The notes: a model not told the origin generated them from the sequence alone. A stretch of DNA of 64,000 nucleotides from Escherichia coli (GCF_030384885.1 NZ_CP128613.1), one strand, 5' to 3'. Positions 40,927 to 50,848 are shown, counted from the stretch's first letter. A program made the numbers and translations.

Positions 40927-43337
40927 GTCATGCCGATATGAACAACTGCTGCGGCTTTAACGAAGCTGCCGCATCGTTCTCATGGAACAGCCCGAAAAAG
41001 GCCATTAACCCTTATCTGGACCCGGCGGAAGTTGCGCCGGTTTCTGCGCTTTCAAACCTGATCACTCTGTACGCTACTGATAACGAGCAGGAACAACTGC
41101 GCCGCGAGGCACTGAGTGATCAGGTCTGGGAGCGTTATTTCTTTAATGAATCCCGTGATCCTGTCCAACGCGAAATGGAGCAGGATAAGCTCATTAGCCG
41201 GGCAAAGATGGCGCATGAGCAGCAGCGTTTTAATCCAGACATGGTCATTCTGACTGACGTCAACGCCCAGCCTTCCCATATCAGCAAGCCGCTGATGCAA
41301 CGTATTGAATATTTCAGCAGCCTGGGCAGGCCAAAGGCTTATTCCCGCTATTTGCGTGAGACGATTAAGCCATGTCTGGAACGACTGGAGCATGTACGCG
41401 ACAGCCAGCTATCTGCATCTTTTCGTTTTATGGCAAGCCATGAAGGGCTGGACGGTCTGCTGATCCTGCCTGAAATGAGTCAGGATCAGGTGAAACGCCT
41501 GTCTACCCTTGTCGCTGCGCATATGAGCATGTGTCTTGATGCCGCTTGTGGTGATTTGTACGCCTCCGATGATGTTAAGCCAGAAGAAATCCGCAAGACA
41601 TGGGAAAAGGTGGCTGCAGAAACCCTGCGACTGGATGTCATACCGCCTGCGTTTGAGCAACTCCGCCGGAAAAGAAACCGCCGCAAACCTGTGCCTTATG
41701 AACTCATTCCGGGTTCGCTGGCGCGTATGCTGTGCGCCGACTGGTGGTATCGGAAATTATGGAAGATACGTTGCGAATGGCGGGAAGAGCAGTTGCGTGC
41801 TGTCTGCCTGGTCAGCAAAAAAGCATCTCCCTATGTCAGCTATGAAGCCGTGATGCATAAACGTGAGCAGCGCCGTAAGTCGCTGGAGTTTTTCCGTTCT
41901 CATGAACTGGTGAACGAAGACGGCGACACGCTGAACATGGAGGATGTGGTAAACACCAGCAGCAGCAACCCGGCGCATCGCCGCAACGAGATGATGGCCT
42001 GTGTTAAAGGCCTAGAGCTTATCGCGGAAATGCGTGGTGACTGCGCCGTTTTCTACACCATCACCTGTCCGTCACGTTTCCATTCCACGCTAAATAACGG
42101 CAGGCCAAACCCGACCTGGACCAACGCGACAGTAAGACAAAGCAGCGATTATCTGGTCGGCATGTTTGCTGCATTTCGTAAGGCTATGCACAAAGCCGGG
42201 TTGCGCTGGTATGGCGTGCGGGTGGCTGAGCCGCATCATGACGGCACAGTTCACTGGCACCTGTTGTGTTTCATGCGCAAAAAAGACCGCCGCGCCATTA
42301 CTGCATTGTTGCGTAAGTTTGCCATCCGTGAAGACCGCGAGGAGCTGGGCAATAACACGGGGCCACGCTTTAAGTCTGAGCTGATAAACCCGCGCAAAGG
42401 AACGCCGACAAGCTACATTGCGAAATATATCAGTAAGAATATTGACGGGCGTGGTCTGGCTGGCGAGATCAGTAAGGAAACGGGTAAATCCCTGCGTGAT
42501 AACGCTGAATACGTTAATGCCTGGGCGTCTCTGCATCGTGTTCAGCAATTCCGCTTCTTTGGCATTCCGGGGCGTCAGGCTTACCGTGAACTGCGATTGC
42601 TGGCTGGTCAGGCGGCAAGGCAACAGGGTGACAAAAAAGCAGGTGCGCCGGTACTGGATAACCCGCGCCTTGATGCCATCCTGGCTGCTGCTGATGCTGG
42701 TTGTTTTGCCTCCTACATCATGAAGCAGGGCGGCGTACTGGTTCCCCGCAAATATCACCTCATCAGAACCGCTTATGAAATCAACGAAGAGCCGACCGCC
42801 TATGGCGATCACGGTATTCGTATTTATGGCATCTGGTCACCCATTGCAGAGGGCAAGATCTGCACTCATGCAGTGAAGTGGAAAATGGTTCGTAAGGCCG
42901 TTGACGTTCAGGAGGCGGCAGCCGACCAGGGCGCTTGCGCCCCTTGGACTCGTGGCAATAACTGTCCCCTTGCTGAAAATTTGAACCAACAGGAGAAAGA
43001 TAAATCAGCTGATGGGGACACCAGAACGGACATTACCCGCATGGATGACAAGGAGTTGCACGATTACCTGCACAGTATGAGCAAAAAAGAGCGCCGGGAA
43101 CTGGCTGCAAGGTTACGCCAGGTGAAACCGAAACGGCGTAAAGACTACAAACAGCGAATTACAGACCATCAGCGACAGCAGCTCGTCTATGAACTGAAGT
43201 CCAGGGGATTTGATGGCAGTGAGAAAGAAGTCGATTTGCTCCTTCGCGGTGGCAGTATTCCGTCAGGAGCAGGCCTGCGTATTTTCTATCGGAACCAGCG
43301 TCTGAAGGAAGATGATAAGTGGCGGAACCTGTATTAA
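40923..43337 (+). CDS. P2 gpA-like rolling-circle replication initiation endonuclease
   Basis: 804 aa; HUH-type motif [10 protein letters not shown] and double-tyrosine motif YIAKYISK as in P2 A/phiX174 A proteins. Confidence 0.85.
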   Translation: MSHADMNNCCGFNEAAASFSWNSPKKAINPYLDPAEVAPVSALSNLITLYATDNEQEQLRREALSDQVWERYFFNESRDPVQREMEQDKLISRAKMAHEQQRFNPDMVILTDVNAQPSHISKPLMQRIEYFSSLGRPKAYSRYLRETIKPCLERLEHVRDSQLSASFRFMASHEGLDGLLILPEMSQDQVKRLSTLVAAHMSMCLDAACGDLYASDDVKPEEIRKTWEKVAAETLRLDVIPPAFEQLRRKRNRRKPVPYELIPGSLARMLCADWWYRKLWKIRCEWREEQLRAVCLVSKKASPYVSYEAVMHKREQRRKSLEFFRSHELVNEDGDTLNMEDVVNTSSSNPAHRRNEMMACVKGLELIAEMRGDCAVFYTITCPSRFHSTLNNGRPNPTWTNATVRQSSDYLVGMFAAFRKAMHKAGLRWYGVRVAEPHHDGTVHWHLLCFMRKKDRRAITALLRKFAIREDREELGNNTGPRFKSELINPRKGTPTSYIAKYISKNIDGRGLAGEISKETGKSLRDNAEYVNAWASLHRVQQFRFFGIPGRQAYRELRLLAGQAARQQGDKKAGAPVLDNPRLDAILAAADAGCFASYIMKQGGVLVPRKYHLIRTAYEINEEPTAYGDHGIRIYGIWSPIAEGKICTHAVKWKMVRKAVDVQEAAADQGACAPWTRGNNCPLAENLNQQEKDKSADGDTRTDITRMDDKELHDYLHSMSKKERRELAARLRQVKPKRRKDYKQRITDHQRQQLVYELKSRGFDGSEKEVDLLLRGGSIPSGAGLRIFYRNQRLKEDDKWRNLY

Positions 43338-43489
43338 TTACGCGGGTTAACAATTCGTGCCCTTAATAATACCAGGCATATCAGGCTGATGAATGTAAAA
43401 AAACGTTTTACATCAGTAAGATTATTATATACTGTAAATATAAACAGTGGTTATCTATACAGTATTGCTTTGGTGTCATAGGAGGAAAG

Positions 43490-43678
43490 ATGCAGGACTA
43501 TTTTTTGGAGTCTTTGAAGCTCCAGCGCATTGATTTTTTTCTTAAGCTTGTAGCGGCTAGTGAGTGTAGTGATGAAGAGAAGGGGCTGGCTCTGCAGTGG
43601 GTTTCTGAACTGACAGATGAACTCATGGCAAAAATCAGAACCCACGAATACAACCGCTCAATGGATGTCATCAGCTGA
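43490..43678 (+). CDS. Hypothetical 62-aa protein
   Basis: Small ORF preceding dinI-like gene. Confidence 0.3.
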   Translation: MQDYFLESLKLQRIDFFLKLVAASECSDEEKGLALQWVSELTDELMAKIRTHEYNRSMDVIS

Positions 43679-43688
43679 GGTGACTTTT

Positions 43689-43922
43689 ATGCGCATTGAA
43701 ATAATGATCGATAAAGAGCAGAAGATTAGCCAGTCTACCCTGGACGCCCTTGAATCCGAGCTTTACCGCAATCTGCGCCCCCTGTATCCCAAAACGGTAA
43801 TCCGTATCCGTAAAGGTAGCTCTAACGGTGTGGAACTGACCGGACTGCAACTGGACGAAGAAAGAAAACAAGTGATGAAAATTATGCAGAAGGTGTGGGA
43901 AGACGACAGCTGGCTGCATTGA
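43689..43922 (+). CDS. DinI-family DNA-damage-inducible protein
   Basis: MRIEIMIDKEQKISQSTLDALESELYRNL...WEDDSWLH parallels DinI MRIEVTIAK...LSRR...WESADDW. Confidence 0.7.
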   Translation: MRIEIMIDKEQKISQSTLDALESELYRNLRPLYPKTVIRIRKGSSNGVELTGLQLDEERKQVMKIMQKVWEDDSWLH

Positions 43923-44035
43923 TTTTGTCAATAGACGCTTGTTTTTACTAATCAAAAAGGGTTACATATGAGTGAGAGGCGATGTCAATCAGATATCGCC
44001 TTGTTTTTTGTCAAGAAAAGAATAATAGGCTAAAA

Positions 44036-44713
44036 ATGAAAATTAATAATGTAGCGTTACCAATATCTCTTGCTGTAATCCTAACTGGTTGCGTGCCACA
44101 TGCTTCTAACCGAAATATCACTGCTATTGAAGTGGTGAAGCCTGCTATTGGGCAAAGTGCTACCGCCTACATGGGCGATCCCATTATCACATCTGCTACT
44201 GGATTTAAAACGGACGTACTAGAACTTGGTGCGGCTAATGGTGCATTGTCTTCTATCGCTGCTGGTACATATTGCAGTGAGGGGAATGGAATTTACCGCA
44301 ATTATCATAACCCTCAAGCTGTTGCGTTAAAAAATCTCTATGGGCAAATCGGTAACTATGTTGATTATGTTAGTTACGATGCTGCAAAAAATGAGATATC
44401 ACCGCCAAATGGTACTTCTTATACTGCATCAGAAATTTCTATCAAACGTGTTCCTGATGGGCTGTGTCGAGTTAGTAACTCATTGGTTAAGACTATCGAA
44501 TACAATGGAAATGCAGGCGGTGTAATGAAGTTCACCTATCGTGAATTTGCAAACGATATGGCTCGTGCAGCATTTACAACAGATTTTTCTGTAGATTCTA
44601 AGGGAAGTGACGTTATCGCTTACAAAGGTGCCAAGTTCAAAGTGAACAAGGCTGATAACTCGTCTATTTCTTATACAATTATTTCTGGCTTTGACAAGGC
44701 TGTCACGTTCTAG
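44036..44713 (+). CDS. Lipoprotein of unknown function (prophage hotspot cargo)
   Basis: MKINNVALPISLAVILTGC lipobox (LTGC); ~33% GC; start alternative 43982. Confidence 0.6.
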   Translation: MKINNVALPISLAVILTGCVPHASNRNITAIEVVKPAIGQSATAYMGDPIITSATGFKTDVLELGAANGALSSIAAGTYCSEGNGIYRNYHNPQAVALKNLYGQIGNYVDYVSYDAAKNEISPPNGTSYTASEISIKRVPDGLCRVSNSLVKTIEYNGNAGGVMKFTYREFANDMARAAFTTDFSVDSKGSDVIAYKGAKFKVNKADNSSISYTIISGFDKAVTF

Positions 44714-45038
44714 GTTTCACGCTTACTGAGTATGTTACGATTTTGCACATTCTGCATAAACGCGCATGTCTATGCTGCATGAGATCGCATGATCGTTTGA
44801 GGATCTTTTGTGTTAAGGCCCGCCAGTTCTGGCGGGCTTTTGCGTAGATCATGCAGGTGCATGAAAACCACTACATAAAGCGGGCAGGCGTGGCGGGGAT
44901 ACGAGCGCGCGTTATGACAAATAGATGATTAGCCTGATTTATTCACAGCTGTATAAATGATCACCTTGTAATTAGGTAAGTAATGTCTTCTATTATCATT
45001 GATTTGATAGGATTAATCTGTTTTTTGAGGATTAGAGG

Positions 45039-47375
45039 ATGATTGAAGAGGTAGTTATTGACAAAGTAGGCTCATATAATGGCCCTACTCAGCTTTTACA
45101 TGGGCTTTCTAAATTTAACTATTTATATGGAGCTAATGGTGCAGGTAAAACAACTATAAGTAAAATTATTAATGACCCTGAACAATATCCAACATGTCCG
45201 ATTAAATGGAAAAATAATATATCTTTAATAAGCTACGTATATAATAAAGATTTTGTTGAAAGAAATTTTAGTCAAGATAAAATTAAAGGTGTATTTACCC
45301 TTGGTAGCGATCTTAAGGAGGATGAAGAGAAATTAATATCTCTTGAAGAAGAAAAAAATAAGCTAATAGAATCTATTATAGCAAAGGAAAAGCTAATAGA
45401 TGGTGGTGATAATATATTAGGCGTTGTTAAACAAATCGAAGACCATGAAAAATCTTTTAAAGATTCATGTTGGAAGCAAAAAGTAAAACATGATAATGTG
45501 TTCTCAAAGGCTTTTGAGGGATTAAGGAATAGTAGTGAAAAATTTAAAGCTAGAGTGTTGGCTGAGTATGAAAATAACACATCAGAAGTTTGCTCAATAG
45601 CAGAGCTAATTGAGAAAGCAAAAATTGTTTTTTCTACTGAATTGACATCACATGTATCAATTACAATTCCATCCTTCAATGGGATAGATGATATTTTGAG
45701 TAGGGAGATTTGGAGTGAGCGTATTCTAGGGAAAAAAGACGTTAGTGTTTCAGACTTAATTACAATGCTCAATAACAGTGATTGGGTTAAGGAAGGTTTA
45801 ACATATTTCAGTAAATCTAATCCCAAGTGCCCATTCTGCCAGCAGGATGTAAATGATAATATATTTGATAATCTATCATCATATTTTGATAAAACATATG
45901 AGTTAAAAAAAAGAGAAATCGATGCATTGGTTTTACAATATGAACATCAACTTAATAATATCTTGCAGGCGATAGATGATATAAGGGCGATTAAATCTCC
46001 ATTCATAAATTATGAAGTGTTTGAGGATAAGGCTAAGATAGTATTATCTGAATTAAACAAGAATTTTGAATTGGCAAAAAATAAACGCAATTTTTTAAGT
46101 GAATCAGTTCATTTTAGTGACTTAAGTGAAGTTGTTGATGATTTTATTTCTTTTTTGAATGATTCAAATCTATTGATAGATAATAATAACAAAATACACA
46201 GTAATAGAAAGGTAGAGGCTAGTAATCTTTCTAATCAGATATGGGCATATATCGTAAAGGTGGAGTTAAAGTCTGAAATAACTTCTTACCGTAGCGAATC
46301 TGATAAATTTAATAGGAAGTTACAAGGGCTTAAATCTGGGTTAGAGGAAGACAAAAAGAAGTTAATGTTAAATGCTTCGGCTATTGAGGCAATTGAGTCT
46401 AATAAAACCAGTACTCTTCCAACTATTACAAAAATTAACAAGATTCTGGATTCTTATGGCTTCAAAAATTTTTACTTAAAACCCTCCGAAGATAAAAAGC
46501 ATTATATGATAGTGAGAGATAGTGGAGATAATGCTCGTACAACCCTTAGCGAGGGAGAAAAGACATTTATCACTTTTTTGTATTTTTATAGCCTTGTTAG
46601 AGGGAGTGATAATGCATCAGGTGTTTTAGATGATCGTGTTGTAGTATTTGATGATCCAATTTCAAGTTTAGATAGTGATATTCTGTTTATTGTAAGTTCG
46701 TTGATTAAAGATTTAATGGAGGATGTTCGTAAGGATGAAGGAAATATTAAGCAAATTATATTCCTTACACATAATATTTATTTTCATAAAGAGTTGACTT
46801 TTAATACTAAAAGATCCGGTAATCAAGCAATGAAAGAGGAGACTTTTTGGATTGTAAGGAAAAAAGGGAAGGTCTCATATCTTGAAAAGTGCGAATCAAA
46901 CCCAATAAAAACGTCTTATGATTTGCTCTGGTGCGAATTGAGAAGAACAGATATTAATAATAATACTATACAAAATACAATGCGAAGGATTTTGGAGAAT
47001 TACTTTAAGATATTAGGTGGGATGGATATTAGGAAGCTTGAATGTCATTTTTATGGTGATGAAAAAATCATATTTAAATCTTTAGTGTCATGGATTAATG
47101 ATGGTTCTCATTTTGCAGGTGATGATCTTTATATGAATTTAGATACGGAGTCTGTGCAAAAATATTTAATTGTTTTTCAGAAGATATTTGAGTGTAGTGA
47201 GCATACTGCCCATTACAAAATGATGATGGGTGAGTTTTATAGACCGTTAAATGAGTCACTTCATCTACAAGATGAGTTTGATATTGATGATAGTGCGAAT
47301 GATGAGTATGCTTCGTCAAAAATTGAGATAGAAGATGGAATAAACACATCTCTACATAGTAATACATATTTGTAA
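45039..47375 (+). CDS. RloC/PrrC-like ABC-ATPase with coiled-coil/CxxC hook insertion and C-terminal putative anticodon-nuclease domain (candidate anti-phage/abortive-infection protein)
   Basis: Walker A GANGAGKTT; signature LSEGEK; Walker B/D-loop VVVFDDPISSLD; H-loop FLTHN; ~450-aa K/E-rich insert containing KCPFCQ; C-terminal MRRILENYF...WINDGSHF (R...Nx3H); ~30% GC. Confidence 0.65.
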   Translation: MIEEVVIDKVGSYNGPTQLLHGLSKFNYLYGANGAGKTTISKIINDPEQYPTCPIKWKNNISLISYVYNKDFVERNFSQDKIKGVFTLGSDLKEDEEKLISLEEEKNKLIESIIAKEKLIDGGDNILGVVKQIEDHEKSFKDSCWKQKVKHDNVFSKAFEGLRNSSEKFKARVLAEYENNTSEVCSIAELIEKAKIVFSTELTSHVSITIPSFNGIDDILSREIWSERILGKKDVSVSDLITMLNNSDWVKEGLTYFSKSNPKCPFCQQDVNDNIFDNLSSYFDKTYELKKREIDALVLQYEHQLNNILQAIDDIRAIKSPFINYEVFEDKAKIVLSELNKNFELAKNKRNFLSESVHFSDLSEVVDDFISFLNDSNLLIDNNNKIHSNRKVEASNLSNQIWAYIVKVELKSEITSYRSESDKFNRKLQGLKSGLEEDKKKLMLNASAIEAIESNKTSTLPTITKINKILDSYGFKNFYLKPSEDKKHYMIVRDSGDNARTTLSEGEKTFITFLYFYSLVRGSDNASGVLDDRVVVFDDPISSLDSDILFIVSSLIKDLMEDVRKDEGNIKQIIFLTHNIYFHKELTFNTKRSGNQAMKEETFWIVRKKGKVSYLEKCESNPIKTSYDLLWCELRRTDINNNTIQNTMRRILENYFKILGGMDIRKLECHFYGDEKIIFKSLVSWINDGSHFAGDDLYMNLDTESVQKYLIVFQKIFECSEHTAHYKMMMGEFYRPLNESLHLQDEFDIDDSANDEYASSKIEIEDGINTSLHSNTYL

Positions 47376-47386
47376 TTTTATTGCAA

Positions 47387-47416
47387 TTGCCAGTAGCAAC
47401 AATACGGTACTGGCAA
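47387..47416. terminator. Hairpin between convergent RloC-like gene and portal fragment (possible bidirectional terminator)
   Basis: ttgccagta-gcaacaatacgg-tactggcaa 9-bp stem flanked by T/A runs. Confidence 0.35.
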
Positions 47417-47424
47417 CTAATATT

Positions 47425-47823
47425 TTAGTTAAGCTCATATGGAGAAAATTCTATAAGTTTCTCCCCGAGCCATGCGTTTATTTCCATAAATCGTTTTTGC
47501 AAAGGAATTAATTCATTTATCACAAAAACCTTACTAGCCTTCTCCACATCCCCAAACCCCCCAACATTATTAGGCATTATCCCCATCATTTGCGGCGGCA
47601 CACGGTGTGCCGCCATCATGTCGTCCCGGCTCACGTTCTTGATATTCAGAAACTCATCCTTCGCCGCGACTTCTGACAACGGGATAATCTGAAGCCCGTC
47701 CTTTTTGCCGTTAGGAGAGTACATAAACAGGTTGCGGAAGTTGCCTGGCCCTTTGGCACTTTTCATTGCGTTGCGGAGGTTGTTCACATCTTCTTGGTTC
47801 TGTGCGGCATCGGTCATGTACAT
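47425..47823 (-). pseudogene. Phage portal-like (P2 gpQ-like) C-terminal fragment; upstream part disrupted
   Basis: 132-aa ORF ...RVPPQMMGIMPNNVGGFGDVEK... oriented toward the hotspot as Q is relative to old/cos in P2; coding continues upstream only with frame breaks. Confidence 0.4.
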
Positions 47824-48153
47824 GATGAAACCTGCATGGCTGCCGTTGATGTAATACTTACGGCGGAACAGTGTGGCGGACTCGTTGAGCAGGGCTGACG
47901 GGATGGCAGAGAGATAACCTGGCAGGCCGTAGATCTCCTGGTTGATGTCCGGTTCCGCCCTTAATCATCTCAACCATGCGTTACAGCTCGATCCCCGCTG
48001 TGGCGTGAAAAAAGACAAACAGCAGCTGGAGCGCAGACTGCGCAATGACAGCCGCTGACAGAACGTGCCCCCGCGCACGGGCGGCACGGGGTGGCGAAAG
48101 GCACAGCCACATCAAAACCCCGTCCACCGCCCTTTATTTCAGGAGAAAGCAGC

Positions 48154-48357
48154 ATGAAGTTTGTTGCGCCAGAACAGGCACCGGAACAGGCGGAAATCAT
48201 CAGAAACACGCCGTTCTGGCCTGATGTGGACCTGTCGGAGTTTCGCAGTGTCATGCGCACTGACGGCACGGTGACGCAGCCGCGTTTAAAGCAGGTTGCG
48301 CTGTCGGCAATTTCGGAGGTCAACGCACCGATACGACCATTTGCATTGATGTAAACA
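48154..48357 (+). pseudogene. Short phage-derived ORF fragment adjacent to ssrA
   Basis: MKFVAPEQAPEQAEIIRNTPFWPDVDLSEFRSVMRTDGTVTQPRLKQ...; GC-rich unlike neighbouring cargo; likely truncated. Confidence 0.3.
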
Positions 48358-48446
48358 AAGTGAAGTTCTTCCATGTGAAACCTCTTTGCATGATTTCAAG
48401 ATGGCGACAGGCAAGATGGACGCAAAAGTCTGTCGCCATTTTGCCG

Positions 48447-48497
48447 CCACTACCAAAGAAAAAGGGGCTACGCTTTCACGTAACCCCTTGATTTATT
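48447..48497 (-). terminator. ssrA rho-independent terminator
   Basis: On minus strand: ggggttacgtgaaagcgtagcccc hairpin followed by TTTTT immediately after the CCA end. Confidence 0.6.
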
Positions 48498-48860
48498 TGG
48501 TGGAGCTGGCGGGAGTTGAACCCGCGTCCGAAATTCCTACATCCTCGGTACTACATGCTTAGTCAGTCTTTACATTCGCTTGCCAGCTGCGGACGGACAC
48601 GCCACTAACAAACTAGCCTGATTAAGTTTTAACGCTTCAACCCCAGGCAGGGCTTCCACGCGATCTCTTTTGGGTTTGACCTCTCTTGATCCCCGTCCTA
48701 AGAGCGGAGGCTAGGGAGAGAGGGCTCTAAGCAGGTTATTAAGCTGCTAAAGCGTAGTTTTCGTCGTTTGCGACTATTTTTTGCGGCTTTTTACGAGGCC
48801 AACCGCCCCTCGGCATGCACCTTGGGTTTCGCAAATCCCGTCGAATCCAGAATCAGCCCC
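48498..48860 (-). ncRNA. ssrA: tmRNA (transfer-messenger RNA, 363 nt)
   Basis: Reverse complement reads GGGGCTGATTCTGGATTCGACGGG...ANDENYALAA tag reading frame...GGTTCAACTCCCGCCAGCTCCACCA, matching E. coli ssrA end to end. Confidence 0.95.
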
Positions 48861-49074
48861 AATGTGTAACGGTAAGTATACCAGATTCATGAGTGCCATG
48901 ACCAGCCTCAATGGCGTTATCGTTAAAGATTTAGCACCCGTGTAGCCTGATATTTATTCGATTAAGCAATGGGATGGCAACATTTGGGTCGGATGTGATA
49001 GCCAATAAGATGTTCATTCGCGCCGCCGGAGAGGGTGGCGCGGTGAGGAACTGGTCAATAATTGGAGTGCAGAT

Positions 49075-49557
49075 TTAACGGTGGGCGTTTTTCATGATAC
49101 GCGCTTTATCCACCTGCCATTCGCGTTCTTTGATGTCTGAACGTTTATCGTGCTGTTTCTTACCTTTAGCGACGCCGATTTTCACTTTGCACCAGGCATT
49201 TTTCCAGTACAGGGAGAGCGCCACTACGGTATAGCCTTCTCGATTGACGCGACCGTACAATGAGTCCAGTTCGCGCTGGTTGAGAAGTAACTTGCGGGTA
49301 CGGGTAGGATCGCACACCACATGCGTGGATGCCACAGCCATTGGCGTGATGTTAGCGCCAAACAGAAATGCTTCTCCATCACGTAGAAGGACGTAGCTGT
49401 CGCTGATATTGGCTTTTCCTGCGCGCAGGGATTTAACCTCCCAGCCTTGCAGGGCAAGTCCCGCTTCGAACTCTTCTTCGATAAAGTATTCGTGACGGGC
49501 GCGCTTGTTAAGCGCGATGGTCGCTGAACCAGGTTTATGTGCTTTTTTCTTCGTCAT
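49075..49557 (-). CDS. smpB: SsrA-binding protein
   Basis: 160 aa [28 protein letters not shown]... Confidence 0.95.
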
Positions 49558-49688
49558 AAGCGTCGTGAATCATCGGTAATCTGAAATCGAAAACACCCCA
49601 TATCAATCCTGCGGGGGACAAGGCTCTATCTTAGCATGAACCCGATGTTACCCAGCGCCGGGATAGCGTTTTTTTTACAGCAGGATAA

Positions 49689-50165
49689 ATGATATTATTT
49701 GTTGGATTTTTGTTGATGGAAATTGTTATGCCTCAGATTAGCCGGACCGCACTGGTACCCTACAGCGCGGAGCAAATGTATCAGTTAGTGAATGACGTTC
49801 AGTCTTATCCTCAGTTTTTGCCGGGTTGTACCGGAAGTCGGATTCTGGAGTCCACTCCTGGGCAGATGACCGCGGCGGTAGATGTCTCTAAGGCTGGGAT
49901 CAGCAAAACGTTTACTACCCGCAACCAGTTGACCAGTAACCAAAGTATTCTTATGAATCTGGTGGATGGGCCGTTCAAGAAATTGATCGGTGGATGGAAG
50001 TTTACGCCGCTGAGCCAGGAGGCGTGTCGTATCGAGTTTCATCTCGACTTTGAGTTTACCAATAAGTTGATTGAACTCGCCTTTGGCCGCGTGTTTAAAG
50101 AGCTGGCGGCTAATATGGTCCAGGCTTTTACGGTTCGTGCGAAAGAGGTTTACAGTGCCAGGTAA
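49689..50165 (+). CDS. ratA: Ribosome association toxin RatA (PasT), SRPBCC fold
   Basis: 158-aa ORF containing [24 protein letters not shown]... Confidence 0.85.
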   Translation: MILFVGFLLMEIVMPQISRTALVPYSAEQMYQLVNDVQSYPQFLPGCTGSRILESTPGQMTAAVDVSKAGISKTFTTRNQLTSNQSILMNLVDGPFKKLIGGWKFTPLSQEACRIEFHLDFEFTNKLIELAFGRVFKELAANMVQAFTVRAKEVYSAR

Positions 50166-50445
50166 AATTGCCGTTGAGGTGGCTTATGCTCTACCTGAGA
50201 AGCAGTACCTGCAGCGCGTGACGCTGCAGGAGGGCGCGACGGTTGAAGAAGCTATTCGCACCAGTGGCTTGCTGGAATTGCGTACCGATATCGATTTAAC
50301 TAAAAACAAAGTCGGCATTTACAGCCGTCCGGCAAAACTGAGCGATACCGTGCATGATGGCGATCGGGTGGAGATTTATCGTCCTCTCATTGCCGATCCG
50401 AAAGAGCTTCGCAGGCAACGAGCAGAAAAATCAGCGAATAAATAA
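50155..50445 (+). CDS. ratB: RatB (YfjF/PasI) small protein, GTG start overlapping ratA end
   Basis: [27 protein letters not shown]... 96 aa in frame of ORF 50071..50445. Confidence 0.75.
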   Translation: MPGKIAVEVAYALPEKQYLQRVTLQEGATVEEAIRTSGLLELRTDIDLTKNKVGIYSRPAKLSDTVHDGDRVEIYRPLIADPKELRRQRAEKSANK

Positions 50446-50506
50446 CAGACAGAAAAAAGGTGCTCATTGAGCACCTTTTTTAACGTCTTTGAGAGCAACT
50501 TTATTA

Positions 50507-50848
50507 TTAGTTACCACTCAGCGCAGGTTTGTTATCAATGTTGGTCAACACCCCGCTACTGTTAAAGGTCAGCGTCAGCGTTTGCTGCGTTACACCTTCA
50601 TGACCTGGTTGCTGGCGGAAGACATAGAACCAGGTATTCGTACCAAATGGATCGGACATCAGCGGTGTACCCAATGCGTACGCAACTTGTTGTTGCGTCA
50701 TGCCAACACGTATTTTGGATACGTCGTTAGCGGTCAGATAGTTCCCCTGGTTGATGTCAGGACGGTAAACCACTCGCTCCAGAGTGGAACAGCCTGCGGT
50801 CAACATCAATAGTACTGCTGCTGCAGCAGTCAGCGTTTTACAGCGCAT
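50507..50848 (-). CDS. bamE: Outer membrane protein assembly factor BamE (SmpA)
   Basis: 113 aa lipoprotein [24 protein letters not shown]. Confidence 0.9.

Larger units (their letters stand above)
34140..48541. mobile_element. P2/186-like prophage remnant integrated in ssrA (replaces CP4-57 of K-12); early/lysogeny + replication genes and cargo retained, morphogenesis genes deleted
   Basis: Bounded by ssrA 3'-end direct repeats; contains P2-type int, CI, apl, cII, dam, gpA-like rep; only fragments of portal next to ssrA. Confidence 0.7.

Noticed and set aside
42090-42812. 240-aa minus-strand ORF inside the gpA-like replication gene
   Set aside because: Antisense to a gene with strong HUH/Tyr motif support; composition not protein-like.
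47970-48374. 134-aa minus-strand ORF next to ssrA
   Set aside because: Cys/Gly/Ala/Arg-rich junk-like composition, antisense to a phage-derived + strand fragment.
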